Below are positions 29,782 through 39,345 of a stretch of DNA of 64,000 bases, piece after piece. The notes below the pieces were generated by a model, which saw only the letters and a program-made list of their open reading frames with translations, was not told where the DNA came from and searched no databases. Both the position numbers and the translations under genes were made by a program. The DNA comes from Nitrospirota bacterium (GTDB taxonomy: Bacteria; Nitrospirota; UBA9217): NCBI GenBank assembly GCA_963741205.1, contig CAVUHW010000027.1, positions 135,894 to 199,893 of the forward strand, in the 5' to 3' direction. Numbering within the stretch: position 1 is the first letter of the stretch; every line of letters starts with the position of its first letter.

Positions 29782-30759
29782 ATGTTCCAACCTTTGTACC
29801 GGCCGAGAAGGCTCAGGTCCAACGAGAACATACGTCGGATGGTACGGGAGACGAAGCTCTCTCCCGACGATTTCATCTATCCGCTCTTCGTCACCCACGG
29901 CAAGGGCGTCAAGAAGGAGATCGGGGCCATGCCCGGCAACTTCCAGCAGTCCATCGACAACATCGTGAAGGACTGTGAAGAGGTGAAGGGCCTCGGCATC
30001 CCGGCCGTTATCCTCTTCGGCATTCCGGAGCATAAGGACGAGATCGGCAGCGAGGCGTACTCGGACGAGGGGATCGTCCAGCACGCGATCAAGGCGATCA
30101 AACACAAACTGCCCGAACTCATCGTCATCACGGACGTCTGCCTCTGCGAGTACACGAGCCACGGACACTGCGGCGTGATCAAGAACGGCGTCGTGCAGAA
30201 CGACTCCACGCTCGAGCTCCTGGCGAAAGAGGCGGTGTCTCACGCCAAGGCAGGGGCGGACATGGTAGCACCCTCGGACATGATGGACGGCAGGGTCGGC
30301 GCAATCCGTCATGCCCTGGACGGCGAAGGCTTTTACGATACTCCCATCATGTCCTACGCGGCGAAGTACGCTTCGAGCTTCTACGGCCCGTTCCGCGAGG
30401 CCGCGGAATCCACTCCCCAGTTCGGCGACCGCCGCTCGTACCAGATGGACGCACCCAACAGCCGCGAGGCGCTGCGGGAAGTCGCCCTTGACATCGATGA
30501 AGGGGCGGACATCGTCATGGTGAAACCGGCCCTTTCCTATCTCGATATCATCTACCAGGTCAGGCAGCAGTTCAACCTGCCCGTCGCGGCGTACAACGTG
30601 AGCGGTGAGTTTTCGATGATCAAGGCAGCAGCCAGTCTCGGCTGGATCGACGGCGAGCGCGCCATGATGGAGTCGCTCGTATCGATGAAGCGCGCGGGCG
30701 CAGACATGATCCTTACCTATTTTGCAAAAGAAGCGGCAGCCCTCCTCCAGAAGTCCTGA
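29782..30759 (+). CDS. hemB: Porphobilinogen synthase (Zn-type)
   Basis: [41 protein letters not shown]. Confidence 0.98.
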   Translation: MFQPLYRPRRLRSNENIRRMVRETKLSPDDFIYPLFVTHGKGVKKEIGAMPGNFQQSIDNIVKDCEEVKGLGIPAVILFGIPEHKDEIGSEAYSDEGIVQHAIKAIKHKLPELIVITDVCLCEYTSHGHCGVIKNGVVQNDSTLELLAKEAVSHAKAGADMVAPSDMMDGRVGAIRHALDGEGFYDTPIMSYAAKYASSFYGPFREAAESTPQFGDRRSYQMDAPNSREALREVALDIDEGADIVMVKPALSYLDIIYQVRQQFNLPVAAYNVSGEFSMIKAAASLGWIDGERAMMESLVSMKRAGADMILTYFAKEAAALLQKS

Positions 30760-30842
30760 CAAACGGGCAGCACATTTTACACATGCCAATCGAACCAGCG
30801 GCATCGTGTAAACATCAAGGTTGTTCTTCGCGAGAACAAAAA

Positions 30843-30874
30843 AGGGGCGCCTGACTGACTCTCAGGCGCCTTTT
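30843..30874. terminator. Probable bidirectional intrinsic terminator
   Basis: A-run, GGCGCCTGA-loop-TCAGGCGCC, TTTT; between convergent genes. Confidence 0.7.
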
Positions 30875-30956
30875 CGTTACTTAACTTCTCGAACCCTTTG
30901 CCGGTTGAAGCGCAAACGCCTCAGCCGTGCAAGGTCCGCATCGTTCATTTATGCCG

Positions 30957-31511
30957 TTACGCTACGTGCCGTAATTTCTCCGTCCCTGCGATGATCGCCC
31001 TTTTGCCCGATTGGACGGTTTCCGAAACGGCAACTTTGCCTTCCTCGTAGAGGTCCTTGCCCTTATCAACGGCGGTACCCACATAGTCCATGGTATTCCC
31101 AGCGACCCGCTTAATATCTTCCTGGACTTCCTTTCCCGATTTCGTCGTAAGGAGCCATGCTACGCCTGCCCCGATGACACCGGTGGCCAGGATCGGAACC
31201 ACAAAGGAACGATCCGCTTTGCCTGTGAGCTTTTCAAACTTATTTTTGCCCTGGATGAAGGTCTTCTTGCTTGCTTCCACGGCGTCAAGAACAGCTACTT
31301 TGCCGTCGCCATAGAGGTCCTTGCCCGTATCAATTGCATCAGAGACCTGGTCCTGCGTGTTCCTGGCGAGTCGTTTCAGGTCTTTTCGGAGTGCCTTCCC
31401 GGGTTTCGGCGCTATCAGGAGAGCCAAACCTGCTCCTGCAATACCGCCCGCCAGGGCAGGTATCAGAACCGATCTTCTCCTCGTATTGAATATCTTCAGC
31501 ATAACCATCAC
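30957..31511 (-). CDS. Protein with two tandem YtxH-like domains
   Basis: GGIAGAGLALLIAPKPGKALRKDLKR and GVIGAGVAWLLTTKSGKEVQEDIKR, each followed by GKDLY..GKVAV. Confidence 0.82.
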   Translation of the reverse strand: MMVMLKIFNTRRRSVLIPALAGGIAGAGLALLIAPKPGKALRKDLKRLARNTQDQVSDAIDTGKDLYGDGKVAVLDAVEASKKTFIQGKNKFEKLTGKADRSFVVPILATGVIGAGVAWLLTTKSGKEVQEDIKRVAGNTMDYVGTAVDKGKDLYEEGKVAVSETVQSGKRAIIAGTEKLRHVA

Positions 31512-31694
31512 CCCTTTCTCAATTGTCTTCGAATCAACTTTGTAGTTAAATTATATCACTCCCTTTTGATCAGGAGGGGAAAAAGGACCGGTTTGGTCGG
31601 AAATAGAATATATCGATAAAAGACTGCAGTAGCAAAAATAATTGGCACTAAAGTACTGTTTGACTTTTACCTTCAGGCCTGATATGTTTTTTAC

Positions 31695-32513
31695 ATGATA
31701 TGCTTTTCACGAAGATTGTCCTTCCCTGCAGCAGAGGTGATCGCGGCCGCCTGCGTTCTCATCTTTGGACTCCTGTTTCTCCCCAATGCGTTCAGCGAGG
31801 AGCAACATCCAGCATCCCCGCCCTCGACGCAGATTAAGGCCTTTCAACCGGGGGAATCGCTGACCTATACCGCTACCTGGTCGGACACGGTCAAAATGGG
31901 GACCGCGGTCATGGAGGTCAAGGCGGAACGGCTGAGTGACGGCAGGGAAGTCCTCCGGCTCAGTTCAACATCCCACACCCAGGGCGCTGTGGGTACACTC
32001 TACCCCTTGGGAGACGTAGTCCAGAGCGTTTTTGATCCGGAAACCATGCAGAGCCTGTCGTTCAGCGTGCATGAGACTCAGGGTAAGAAGGTGAGGCGCA
32101 CCAACATGGAGTTCGACCACGAGCATAAAACGGCCACCGTCAAAAAAAACGACGACCCTGCGAAGACCTTTCCTATTCCGGACCAGGTGCAGGACAACCT
32201 GTCGTCGGTCTATTTTCTGCGTACAAGGGAGGACTTCACCGTCGGCAAGCCCATAAAGTTTGAGACCTTTGACGGCGAAAAGAGCGTGCTCATCGAGGTC
32301 CAGGTCCTGGGCAGGGAAAAAGTGAAAACGCCGGCCGGGGAGTTCGACGCTATTAAGGTCAAGGCCTACAAGGGATTTCTCATGAGCGAGGGGGAGATTT
32401 TCATCTGGCTCACCGATGACGTGCGGAAGATTCCGGTGATTATAAAAAGCACGCTCAAAATAGGGTCCATCATGTTCATGCTGAAGGGGTTTAAAGCCGG
32501 TGGGAACCCCTGA
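31695..32513 (+). CDS. DUF3108-family exported protein
   Basis: F.PGE.LTY, QD.LS..Y.LR, E.VKTPAGEF, IWLTDD..KIPV. Confidence 0.82.
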   Translation: MICFSRRLSFPAAEVIAAACVLIFGLLFLPNAFSEEQHPASPPSTQIKAFQPGESLTYTATWSDTVKMGTAVMEVKAERLSDGREVLRLSSTSHTQGAVGTLYPLGDVVQSVFDPETMQSLSFSVHETQGKKVRRTNMEFDHEHKTATVKKNDDPAKTFPIPDQVQDNLSSVYFLRTREDFTVGKPIKFETFDGEKSVLIEVQVLGREKVKTPAGEFDAIKVKAYKGFLMSEGEIFIWLTDDVRKIPVIIKSTLKIGSIMFMLKGFKAGGNP

Positions 32514-32561
32514 ACCGGCAATGCTGGTATTGGCAATCGAGACAATCAATCGTGCCCCATT

Positions 32562-34020
32562 CTACGTTCTTCTTTTCCCCGCCTTTTTCACCCCATAGTT
32601 GAAATAGATCACAAGGCCTATCGCGAGCCATACGAAGAGCCTGATCCACGTGTCCCGGGGAAGGCCGGACATAAGATAGAGGCATGTGATTATCCCGAGG
32701 ACAGGCGTCGCCGCGCCGCCGGGGGCAATGAAGGCCCGAGGCGCGTCAGGATTCGGTGTACCGCAGTACCAGAACGCCCGAGCAGACGATGACAAAGGCA
32801 AGGAGCGTGCCGATGCTTACCAGCTCTCCCACGATGTTGATGGGAAGGAGGGCGGCGCCCGAGGCGGTGACGGCGCCCGTGACCATGGTGTTTACGTAGG
32901 GCGTTCTGAACCGGGAATGGATCTTTGCCGCGAACGGTGGGAGGAGACCGTCCCTGCCCATGGAGAAGAAGACCCGGGTTTGTCCAAGGAGGATGACGAG
33001 AATGACTGAGGTCAGGCCTGCGATAGCGCCGATCTTGAGAAGCGGTGAAAACACCTGGAGCTTCATGGCATCGAGGGCCACGGCAAGGGGCGCCGGGGTA
33101 TCCAACTTGGTGTAGGAAACGACACCGGTCAGCACCAGGGAGACTGACACGTACAGCAGCGTAGAAACCAGGAGACTTCCCAGAATGCCGATGGGCATGT
33201 TCTTTTTCGGGTTCTTCGTTTCCTGGGCCAGGGTCGAGACGGAGTCGAACCCGATATAGGCGAAGAAGATGACGCCGGCGCCCCGGAGAACGCCGCTCCA
33301 GCCGAAGACGCCGAAGACACCTCTGTTCTCGGGCACGAAGGGATGCCAGAGTTCGGGTCTTATAAAGAAGACGCCTGTAGCGATGAAGGCGAGAATGATC
33401 GACAGTTTGATAACAACGATCAGGGCATTCAGGAAGGCGGATTCCCGTATGCCCAGAACGAGAACTATTGTAATGAAGATGACGACCACGACTGCCGGCA
33501 GATTTACGAACGCTCCGGTCAATGCCCAGCTCTGCGTCTCGACGTTGTACGTGAAGGGCGCGGTGGTGAGCGACACAGGGAGAACGAAGCCCAGGTCCCG
33601 GAGAAAGCTCACCATGTAGCCGGACCATCCAATAGCCACGGCGATTGCACCGACCGTGTATTCAAGAATCAGGTCCCAGCCGATGACCCAGGCGACGAAC
33701 TCGCCGAGCGTGGCGTAGGCATAGGTATAGGCGCTCCCGGCAACGGGGATCATGGAGGCGAACTCGGCATAACAGAGCCCCGCGAAAGCGCACGCCACTG
33801 CTGCGAGGAGGAAGGAAAGGGTGATGGCAGGTCCCGCGATCCGTGCGGCCACGTGGCCGGTGAGGACGAAGATGCCTGCGCCGATGATGCCCCCGACCCC
33901 GAGGAGCACGAGGGTGATGGGACCCAGTGACCGCTTCAGCCCCTCGCGATCCTCTAAAGTCTCCAAGGTAAGATCGCTGAGGGGTTTTTTCAAAAAAAAC
34001 TTTTTTATTTTGCTCATCAT
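32562..34020 (-). CDS. APC-family amino acid permease (frameshift near 32755)
   Basis: GVGGIIGAGIFVLTG, CYAEFASMIPVAGSAYTY, GWDLILEY, FAYIGFD, IGTLLAF. Confidence 0.93.
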
Positions 34021-34190
34021 CTCATTTTGTCCCGGCAAAAGACGACCACCGTTGCCGTTGATCATCTCGTATGAGAGCATAAATAGCCTTTAAGATCGGA
34101 CAGATATTCTGTATCTCGTGCCTTTCTTAGTGTATACTATTCTTATTCAGTCGTGTACCTCCCGGAACTATTTTTTTGAGGAGGCCGTGC

Positions 34191-35825
34191 ATGAAATACC
34201 TCGTAGTTTCTCTCGTGTTTTTCACCCTTCTTCTTCAACCGCGTCTTACCCTAAGCAATCAAGAGCAAGAGAAAACAACCGCAGAACGGGAGAAGGTCTC
34301 TGTCGAGGACGTCATCCCGCTTACTGCCGGTAACATGCGCGGGCACAAGATGCTTTATAACGAAGGATGGTATATCGTCAGTTCGAGCAGGAGGGCCCTT
34401 GAATTTGCCAAAGAAAAATCCATTGTTTCATCGAAGACCGCCCTACGACAGGCCCTGGATGAGGCCTCGAAGGATACGACTCGATATAGAGAAGCAATCA
34501 AGGCCGATGTAAATAATTCCGCGGCTCTTGGCAAAAACGCCGTTACAAAAGGGACCGAGCTGACCGGTGATATCCTGAGTAAAACACACAGCCTGGCCAA
34601 GGACGAGCTTGCGTACGCAGGGGACAACTATAAAAAGGCAATGGATTCCTTTGTACGGGGAAATCTCTCAATCGTCCGGCGGACCGAAAAGGACCGCCGG
34701 GAACTGGCGAACCTGCCGGGAAATTATTACAAGTCGCTGAAAAACGACTTCAGCAATATCTTCGAGCTTACCGAGTCGGCCCGGAAGCGTATCGCCGGCA
34801 GGCTCGCCCCGGAATGGGAGAAAGCGTTTCAGAAGGCGGGCAACGAATTTAGGGCCGAGTACGAAAAGTCCGGCAATGAACACAATTCACTCATGGCCCT
34901 GGGCCCGATCCTCCACGGTTACCTCAAATCATTTTATTACGGGCTCGCGGCCCCTGCTTCAAAGACAATCGTAGTGGCAGGGGTAGCGGGAACTTCCTAT
35001 ATGGTGTTCCTGCCGGTTTCCGCCACGGCGGTTGTAACGGGCCGGACCATCCAGTCCGTGGGCCTGACGGTCTACTATGTAGGCAAGGCAGGCGTGAACA
35101 TCGTGTCGCCCACCGTCGAGGGGGGGCTTTTAAGCGGCTTGTCCCTTTTGTCCCTAGGCTCCGTTCCCGTTACCTATGTCGCGGGAGGGACGTGGGGGGT
35201 CATGAACCAGGTCGCTTTTTCAACGGTCGGTCCGGCGGCAGGCGCTGTCGAGGCTGTGGCAACCACGTCGGTCCATTCCGCGGGCTATGTAGGTTTTCTG
35301 ACCTATGATGCGGTAAAAGGAACGACCAAGGTCGTTATCAACCAGGCATCTTCGGGCATTGTGCTTGGTTACAACGCATTGACCGCAGTCCCCATGCAAG
35401 CCCTGTTCGGCGTCGAGGACGCAGCCGTGTTTTTGTTCTGGGACGGCCCGCGTCTGGGCGTCGCCATGGCCAGGGGCAGGGTCAAACTGAGCGGAGGTTC
35501 AGCCCCGGGTGAGGCGCCGCTCCCCTCGGTCGCTCCGGATCGTGCCGAGGCACACAAGACAGGCATGGACTCGGATCCAGGAGAGAACAATTCTCTCGGC
35601 GATTTCCCTGCTAATACCCTCTTTCAGGTCCCCGGCCAAAGCCCTGCGCACCCGGAAACATATTCCCTCGGAGATCTCCCCGTCGGCACGGTCGTTGATC
35701 TGAAAAAACTGGGGAGCACGGAGGGGGTCTCGGTCCAAATAATCTCCACGGATGAAGCCGTAATAAAAGAAGTGCTCGAAAAAATCCCCGATGATGCGAG
35801 GGTGACGAATGATAAGGGCAATTAA
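34191..35825 (+). CDS. Uncharacterised exported protein A (paralog of the next gene)
   Basis: RBS GAGGAGG; signal-like N-terminus; charged helical half then Gly/Ala/Val-rich half; shares colinear motifs with 35809..38091. Confidence 0.85.
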   Translation: MKYLVVSLVFFTLLLQPRLTLSNQEQEKTTAEREKVSVEDVIPLTAGNMRGHKMLYNEGWYIVSSSRRALEFAKEKSIVSSKTALRQALDEASKDTTRYREAIKADVNNSAALGKNAVTKGTELTGDILSKTHSLAKDELAYAGDNYKKAMDSFVRGNLSIVRRTEKDRRELANLPGNYYKSLKNDFSNIFELTESARKRIAGRLAPEWEKAFQKAGNEFRAEYEKSGNEHNSLMALGPILHGYLKSFYYGLAAPASKTIVVAGVAGTSYMVFLPVSATAVVTGRTIQSVGLTVYYVGKAGVNIVSPTVEGGLLSGLSLLSLGSVPVTYVAGGTWGVMNQVAFSTVGPAAGAVEAVATTSVHSAGYVGFLTYDAVKGTTKVVINQASSGIVLGYNALTAVPMQALFGVEDAAVFLFWDGPRLGVAMARGRVKLSGGSAPGEAPLPSVAPDRAEAHKTGMDSDPGENNSLGDFPANTLFQVPGQSPAHPETYSLGDLPVGTVVDLKKLGSTEGVSVQIISTDEAVIKEVLEKIPDDARVTNDKGN

Positions 35826-38091
35826 ACATAGTATTCTGGCCGCCGTTGCGGGGTTGGTTCTCGCCGCATGCGCGACAACAAACGTCAAGGACGATCCGCT
35901 CAAAAACACGAAAAAGCTTGTCGCGGAAGGCCATGTCTCGCTGTATAAAAACGGGGCCTTCCGGGTGCCGAACACCTCGATCAGCCTTATTCCTCCGGGG
36001 CCCAGCGCCCTGGAATTCGTCCAGGAGCTCTCCGGCATGAGGGCGAGGCAGTCCTTCGAAACATCAATCGAGAAGGCCGCGGCTTCCGTATATGTCGTCT
36101 CGGAGGGAACGAAGCTCACCTACAAGGTCTCGAAAAATATCAGCTCCGAATCCGGCGCCCGCGCTGACGCGATCAGGCGCTTTACTCGCGAGAACAGCAC
36201 CCTCCTGGTATACCGCTCATCGGACCTCGGAAAAGACATCTACGGAAAGACCTGGGAACTCTCAAAGGATACCTTTCGTGCCGGGGGAAAGATAGGCGGC
36301 GACATTATTCAGGGTTCGCAGGCCCTCGGGACCGGCGTCAGCGAAAAGGGAACGGTACAGGGGAAGGCCCTGATAACGGGATCGATGGAGGCCGCGAAGA
36401 GAATCGTAGAATCGACCAATGCGGGCGGGGACAAAATCAGCGATGAAGGGACAACGCAGGGCGTGGGGCTTACCAAGGGATCGGTGCAGGCCGCGAAGGA
36501 CATCGTAAAATCGAGCGGGTCCGGGGGGGACAAAATCAGTGAGGAGGGGACAAAGCAGGGCATGGGGCTTGCCAGGGGATCGCTCAAGACCGCGGGGGAT
36601 ATCTCGAGATCAAGCACACAAAGAAGCGCTGCGGCGTTTCAGTACGCGGGAAACTACTTTATCGAAGGCTATGTGGCCGTTCCCTCGAAGATGAAGAAAA
36701 GGGCCGGCGAGATGGGCGACAGCCTGACAGACGCGAACTTCGGGGGCATTTTCAAGACGGAGAATGACCGGCGTAAAGAGTTGTCTCAGATGACCGCAGA
36801 TATCATGAGCGACACAACGAGGAATTACTCGGCGAACGTGTCGAACAGTTTCAAAAAGGCCGGAAAGGAGCTGGACGCATGCTCAGAGACGGGATTGAAC
36901 TTTGCCATGCTAAAATCCCTGCGCTGGGCGCTTCAGGCAATTTTGTGGGACGCAACCATACAGCCGGTAACGAAAATGACCGCCGGGTTCGTCGGCTACA
37001 TCGGCGTCAACTGTCTCGCGTTCCCGTCGATGGTCGTTGTCCGGGAAGGAGTTGCCACGACGAAGCTTGCCGTCGAGGTGACGTGGGACACGGCAAAAAT
37101 GGGATATGATCTGGTGGCGCCTACCGGTGTGGCTGCTGTTGCAGGCGTGTATGGCCTGCTCGATTATACCGCCGCGCATACGGTTGCCGGCGTCACGGTT
37201 GTCGGGGGGACCGTCGCGGGAGTCAGTGAAGCTGGGTTGAGCAAGACCGCCGGCGCTGTTGTCAAGGGCGCCGGCTACCCAGCGGCAGGGGCAACGGCAG
37301 TAGCCGGGAACGTTACGGGCGCGGGTGAAGTCGCGTTAAGTAAGGCGGCGGGGGTTGCCGTCAAATGCGCCGGCTACCCAGCGGCAGGGGCAGCGGCTGT
37401 CATCGGGACCGTCGCCGGCTGCAGCGAGATCGGGGTAAGCCAGGTCTCCGGCATCGTCATAAAGGGCGGCGGATATGCAGCGGGCAGCAGCGTGGAGTAT
37501 ATCGGCATGCCCCTGGCGAGCGCAGGCATCGCGGTCGGGGGAGGAACCATAGGGACGGCGGTGGGCGGCTTCGGGATTGCTTCTGGCGGTGTTCTTTTCG
37601 TCGGAGGTGAGGCGAGCGCACTGACCACGGAGGGCGTCGGAAATGTCATTGCCGGCACGACACTTGCGGGCGGGACCGCTGTTTCCACAGCCGGAGGGGC
37701 GGCCTACGGAGTTTATGAATTGTCCAAGGCCGTGATCGTTCCCACGGGATACGAACTCGGCAGCGGCATCGTCCTCAGTTACGATACCCTTTCCCATATT
37801 GCGGCCCATTCTATCCTCGCGGTCTCCGACTGCGCCTATGTGGTGTTGTCGCTTGAAGGGCCGCGGTGGGTCCTGTATGCGATTAAGGGAAAAACGGGAA
37901 CCGGCGAGGACCTGCCCGTAGGCACAGCCCTCGATCTCAAGCCGATGCAGGAAGCTGGCGAAGAAATATATTACCTGCCCGTATCGGACGAAGAGATGAA
38001 TAATGTCGTCAATTCGGTTTACGATAATCTGCCCGAGATACAGGGAGGGCAGGAAGAAGTCAAAACTACGGAAGAGAATGAGGGGGAATGA
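35809..38091 (+). CDS. Uncharacterised lipoprotein B with two blocks of 33-aa repeats
   Basis: Lipobox LAA-C21; overlaps gene A by 17 bp; intact 760-aa ORF. Confidence 0.87.
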   Translation: MIRAIKHSILAAVAGLVLAACATTNVKDDPLKNTKKLVAEGHVSLYKNGAFRVPNTSISLIPPGPSALEFVQELSGMRARQSFETSIEKAAASVYVVSEGTKLTYKVSKNISSESGARADAIRRFTRENSTLLVYRSSDLGKDIYGKTWELSKDTFRAGGKIGGDIIQGSQALGTGVSEKGTVQGKALITGSMEAAKRIVESTNAGGDKISDEGTTQGVGLTKGSVQAAKDIVKSSGSGGDKISEEGTKQGMGLARGSLKTAGDISRSSTQRSAAAFQYAGNYFIEGYVAVPSKMKKRAGEMGDSLTDANFGGIFKTENDRRKELSQMTADIMSDTTRNYSANVSNSFKKAGKELDACSETGLNFAMLKSLRWALQAILWDATIQPVTKMTAGFVGYIGVNCLAFPSMVVVREGVATTKLAVEVTWDTAKMGYDLVAPTGVAAVAGVYGLLDYTAAHTVAGVTVVGGTVAGVSEAGLSKTAGAVVKGAGYPAAGATAVAGNVTGAGEVALSKAAGVAVKCAGYPAAGAAAVIGTVAGCSEIGVSQVSGIVIKGGGYAAGSSVEYIGMPLASAGIAVGGGTIGTAVGGFGIASGGVLFVGGEASALTTEGVGNVIAGTTLAGGTAVSTAGGAAYGVYELSKAVIVPTGYELGSGIVLSYDTLSHIAAHSILAVSDCAYVVLSLEGPRWVLYAIKGKTGTGEDLPVGTALDLKPMQEAGEEIYYLPVSDEEMNNVVNSVYDNLPEIQGGQEEVKTTEENEGE
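36298..36594 (+). repeat. Three 99-bp coding repeats, block 1 of protein B
   Basis: Units start at 36298, 36397, 36496; GGGGACAAAATCAG recurs at 99-bp spacing. Confidence 0.85.
37186..37482 (+). repeat. Three 99-bp coding repeats, block 2 of protein B
   Basis: GCGCCGGCTACCCAGCGGCAGGGGCA at 37268 and 37367. Confidence 0.85.
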
Positions 38092-38588
38092 AATATCCTT
38101 TGAAGCAGATCGACAACGCTCTCCTTGATTCGCTCACGCAGAAGGCGAAAGACGCGCCCAGAAAGCGCGCGCATCATAACCTTCATCAGGACCTCGACGA
38201 TCCCATCCAGCGCCTCTTGGTCGCCATAGAGCCAGGGACCTATATCCGGCCGCACCGGCACGCTTCTCCCGACACCTTCGAGATTTTTTTGCTCCTGCGC
38301 GGAAGCGCCGTTTTTCTCCTATTCGATGAAACAGGGAAAGTGATCGAACGCTCTCTCCTCAAGGCAGGAGGCCCGGTCATGGCCGTAGAGATTCCGGCGA
38401 AGACGTGGCACGCAATGGCCTCGCTCGAAAGCGGCACTATTTTTTTTGAGATCAAACAGGGGCCTTATGTCCAGCCCAAGGAACACCACGTCGCATCCTG
38501 GTCGCCGGCCGAAGGAGAACCATCTGCCCCGAAGTTCGAGTCATGGTACAAGACGGCAAAGGTTGGAGATGCTCCGCCCATGCTATGA
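38088..38588 (+). CDS. WbuC-family cupin metalloprotein
   Basis: PRKRAHHNLH, QRLLVAIEPGTYIRPHRH..E, WH, FEIKQGPY; ATGA overlap with gene B. Confidence 0.88.
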   Translation: MKYPLKQIDNALLDSLTQKAKDAPRKRAHHNLHQDLDDPIQRLLVAIEPGTYIRPHRHASPDTFEIFLLLRGSAVFLLFDETGKVIERSLLKAGGPVMAVEIPAKTWHAMASLESGTIFFEIKQGPYVQPKEHHVASWSPAEGEPSAPKFESWYKTAKVGDAPPML

Positions 38589-38738
38589 TCCGCCTTCTCA
38601 GGAGAATTATCCGGCAACGCCGCACTTTCTTTAGTGGGGGGGGTGAGGTCCGGATAACTTCCGGCCGGCAGCACTTTTTTCTTGCATTCCTATCGTCGCT
38701 GTGTTAAAAGAATAATAACACTCTGGGAATTTCCTTTG

Positions 38739-38765
38739 AGAGTGGGCATTTCATTTGCCCACTCT
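38739..38765 (+). promoter_or_regulatory. rimP leader hairpin
   Basis: AGAGTGGGCA-loop-TGCCCACTCT followed by a T-run just upstream of rimP. Confidence 0.7.
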
Positions 38766-38782
38766 TTTTATTTGGGGGAACG

Positions 38783-39245
38783 ATGACCGACGCGGCGGAA
38801 CGGATACGGGAGCTTCTCGATCCGATTCTCGAGTCCCTGGGGCTCTCCCTCTGGGACATGGAGTTTCAGAAACACGGCCCGTCGTGGCTCCTCCGGGTCT
38901 ATATCGACCGGGAAGGGCCCGGGGTGACGCTTGATGACTGCGAGGCAGTGAGCAGGGACCTCGGGCGTTGCGCTGGACGTGGAAGACATCATCACTCACG
39001 CGTATACGCTTGAAGTGTCGTCGCCCGGCCTCGACAGGAAGCTGTCCAAGCCGGAGCATTTTGACCGTTTTGCGGGAAGCGCCGTCAAGGTCAAAACGTA
39101 CCAGCTGATCAACGGGCAGAAGGTGTTTCAAGGAAAGTTGCTCGGCCTGGCTGGTGACGTAGTGAAGGTGGAGCTCGAATCAGGGGCGGTCGTGGATATG
39201 CCGCTAAGCGATATCGCAAAGGCTTCTCTGGACGTGAAGTTTTAA
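38783..39245 (+). CDS. rimP: Ribosome maturation factor RimP (frameshifted)
   Basis: LRVYID..GVTLDDC; YTLEVSSPGLDR; position before nusA. Confidence 0.95.
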
Positions 39246-39345
39246 TTTTGTAGCCACCCTGCGATCACGGTACGTGCATGTTCCACCGCGGAGAGGACGG
39301 CTACCCGTTACTGTCAACCAAGATATTATCAGGAGGAAGTGATCT

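Noticed and set aside
31643-31660. TGGCAC as a sigma-54 promoter for the DUF3108 gene
   Set aside because: No TTGC at the -12 position; a sigma70-like TTGACT-N17-TATGTT follows instead
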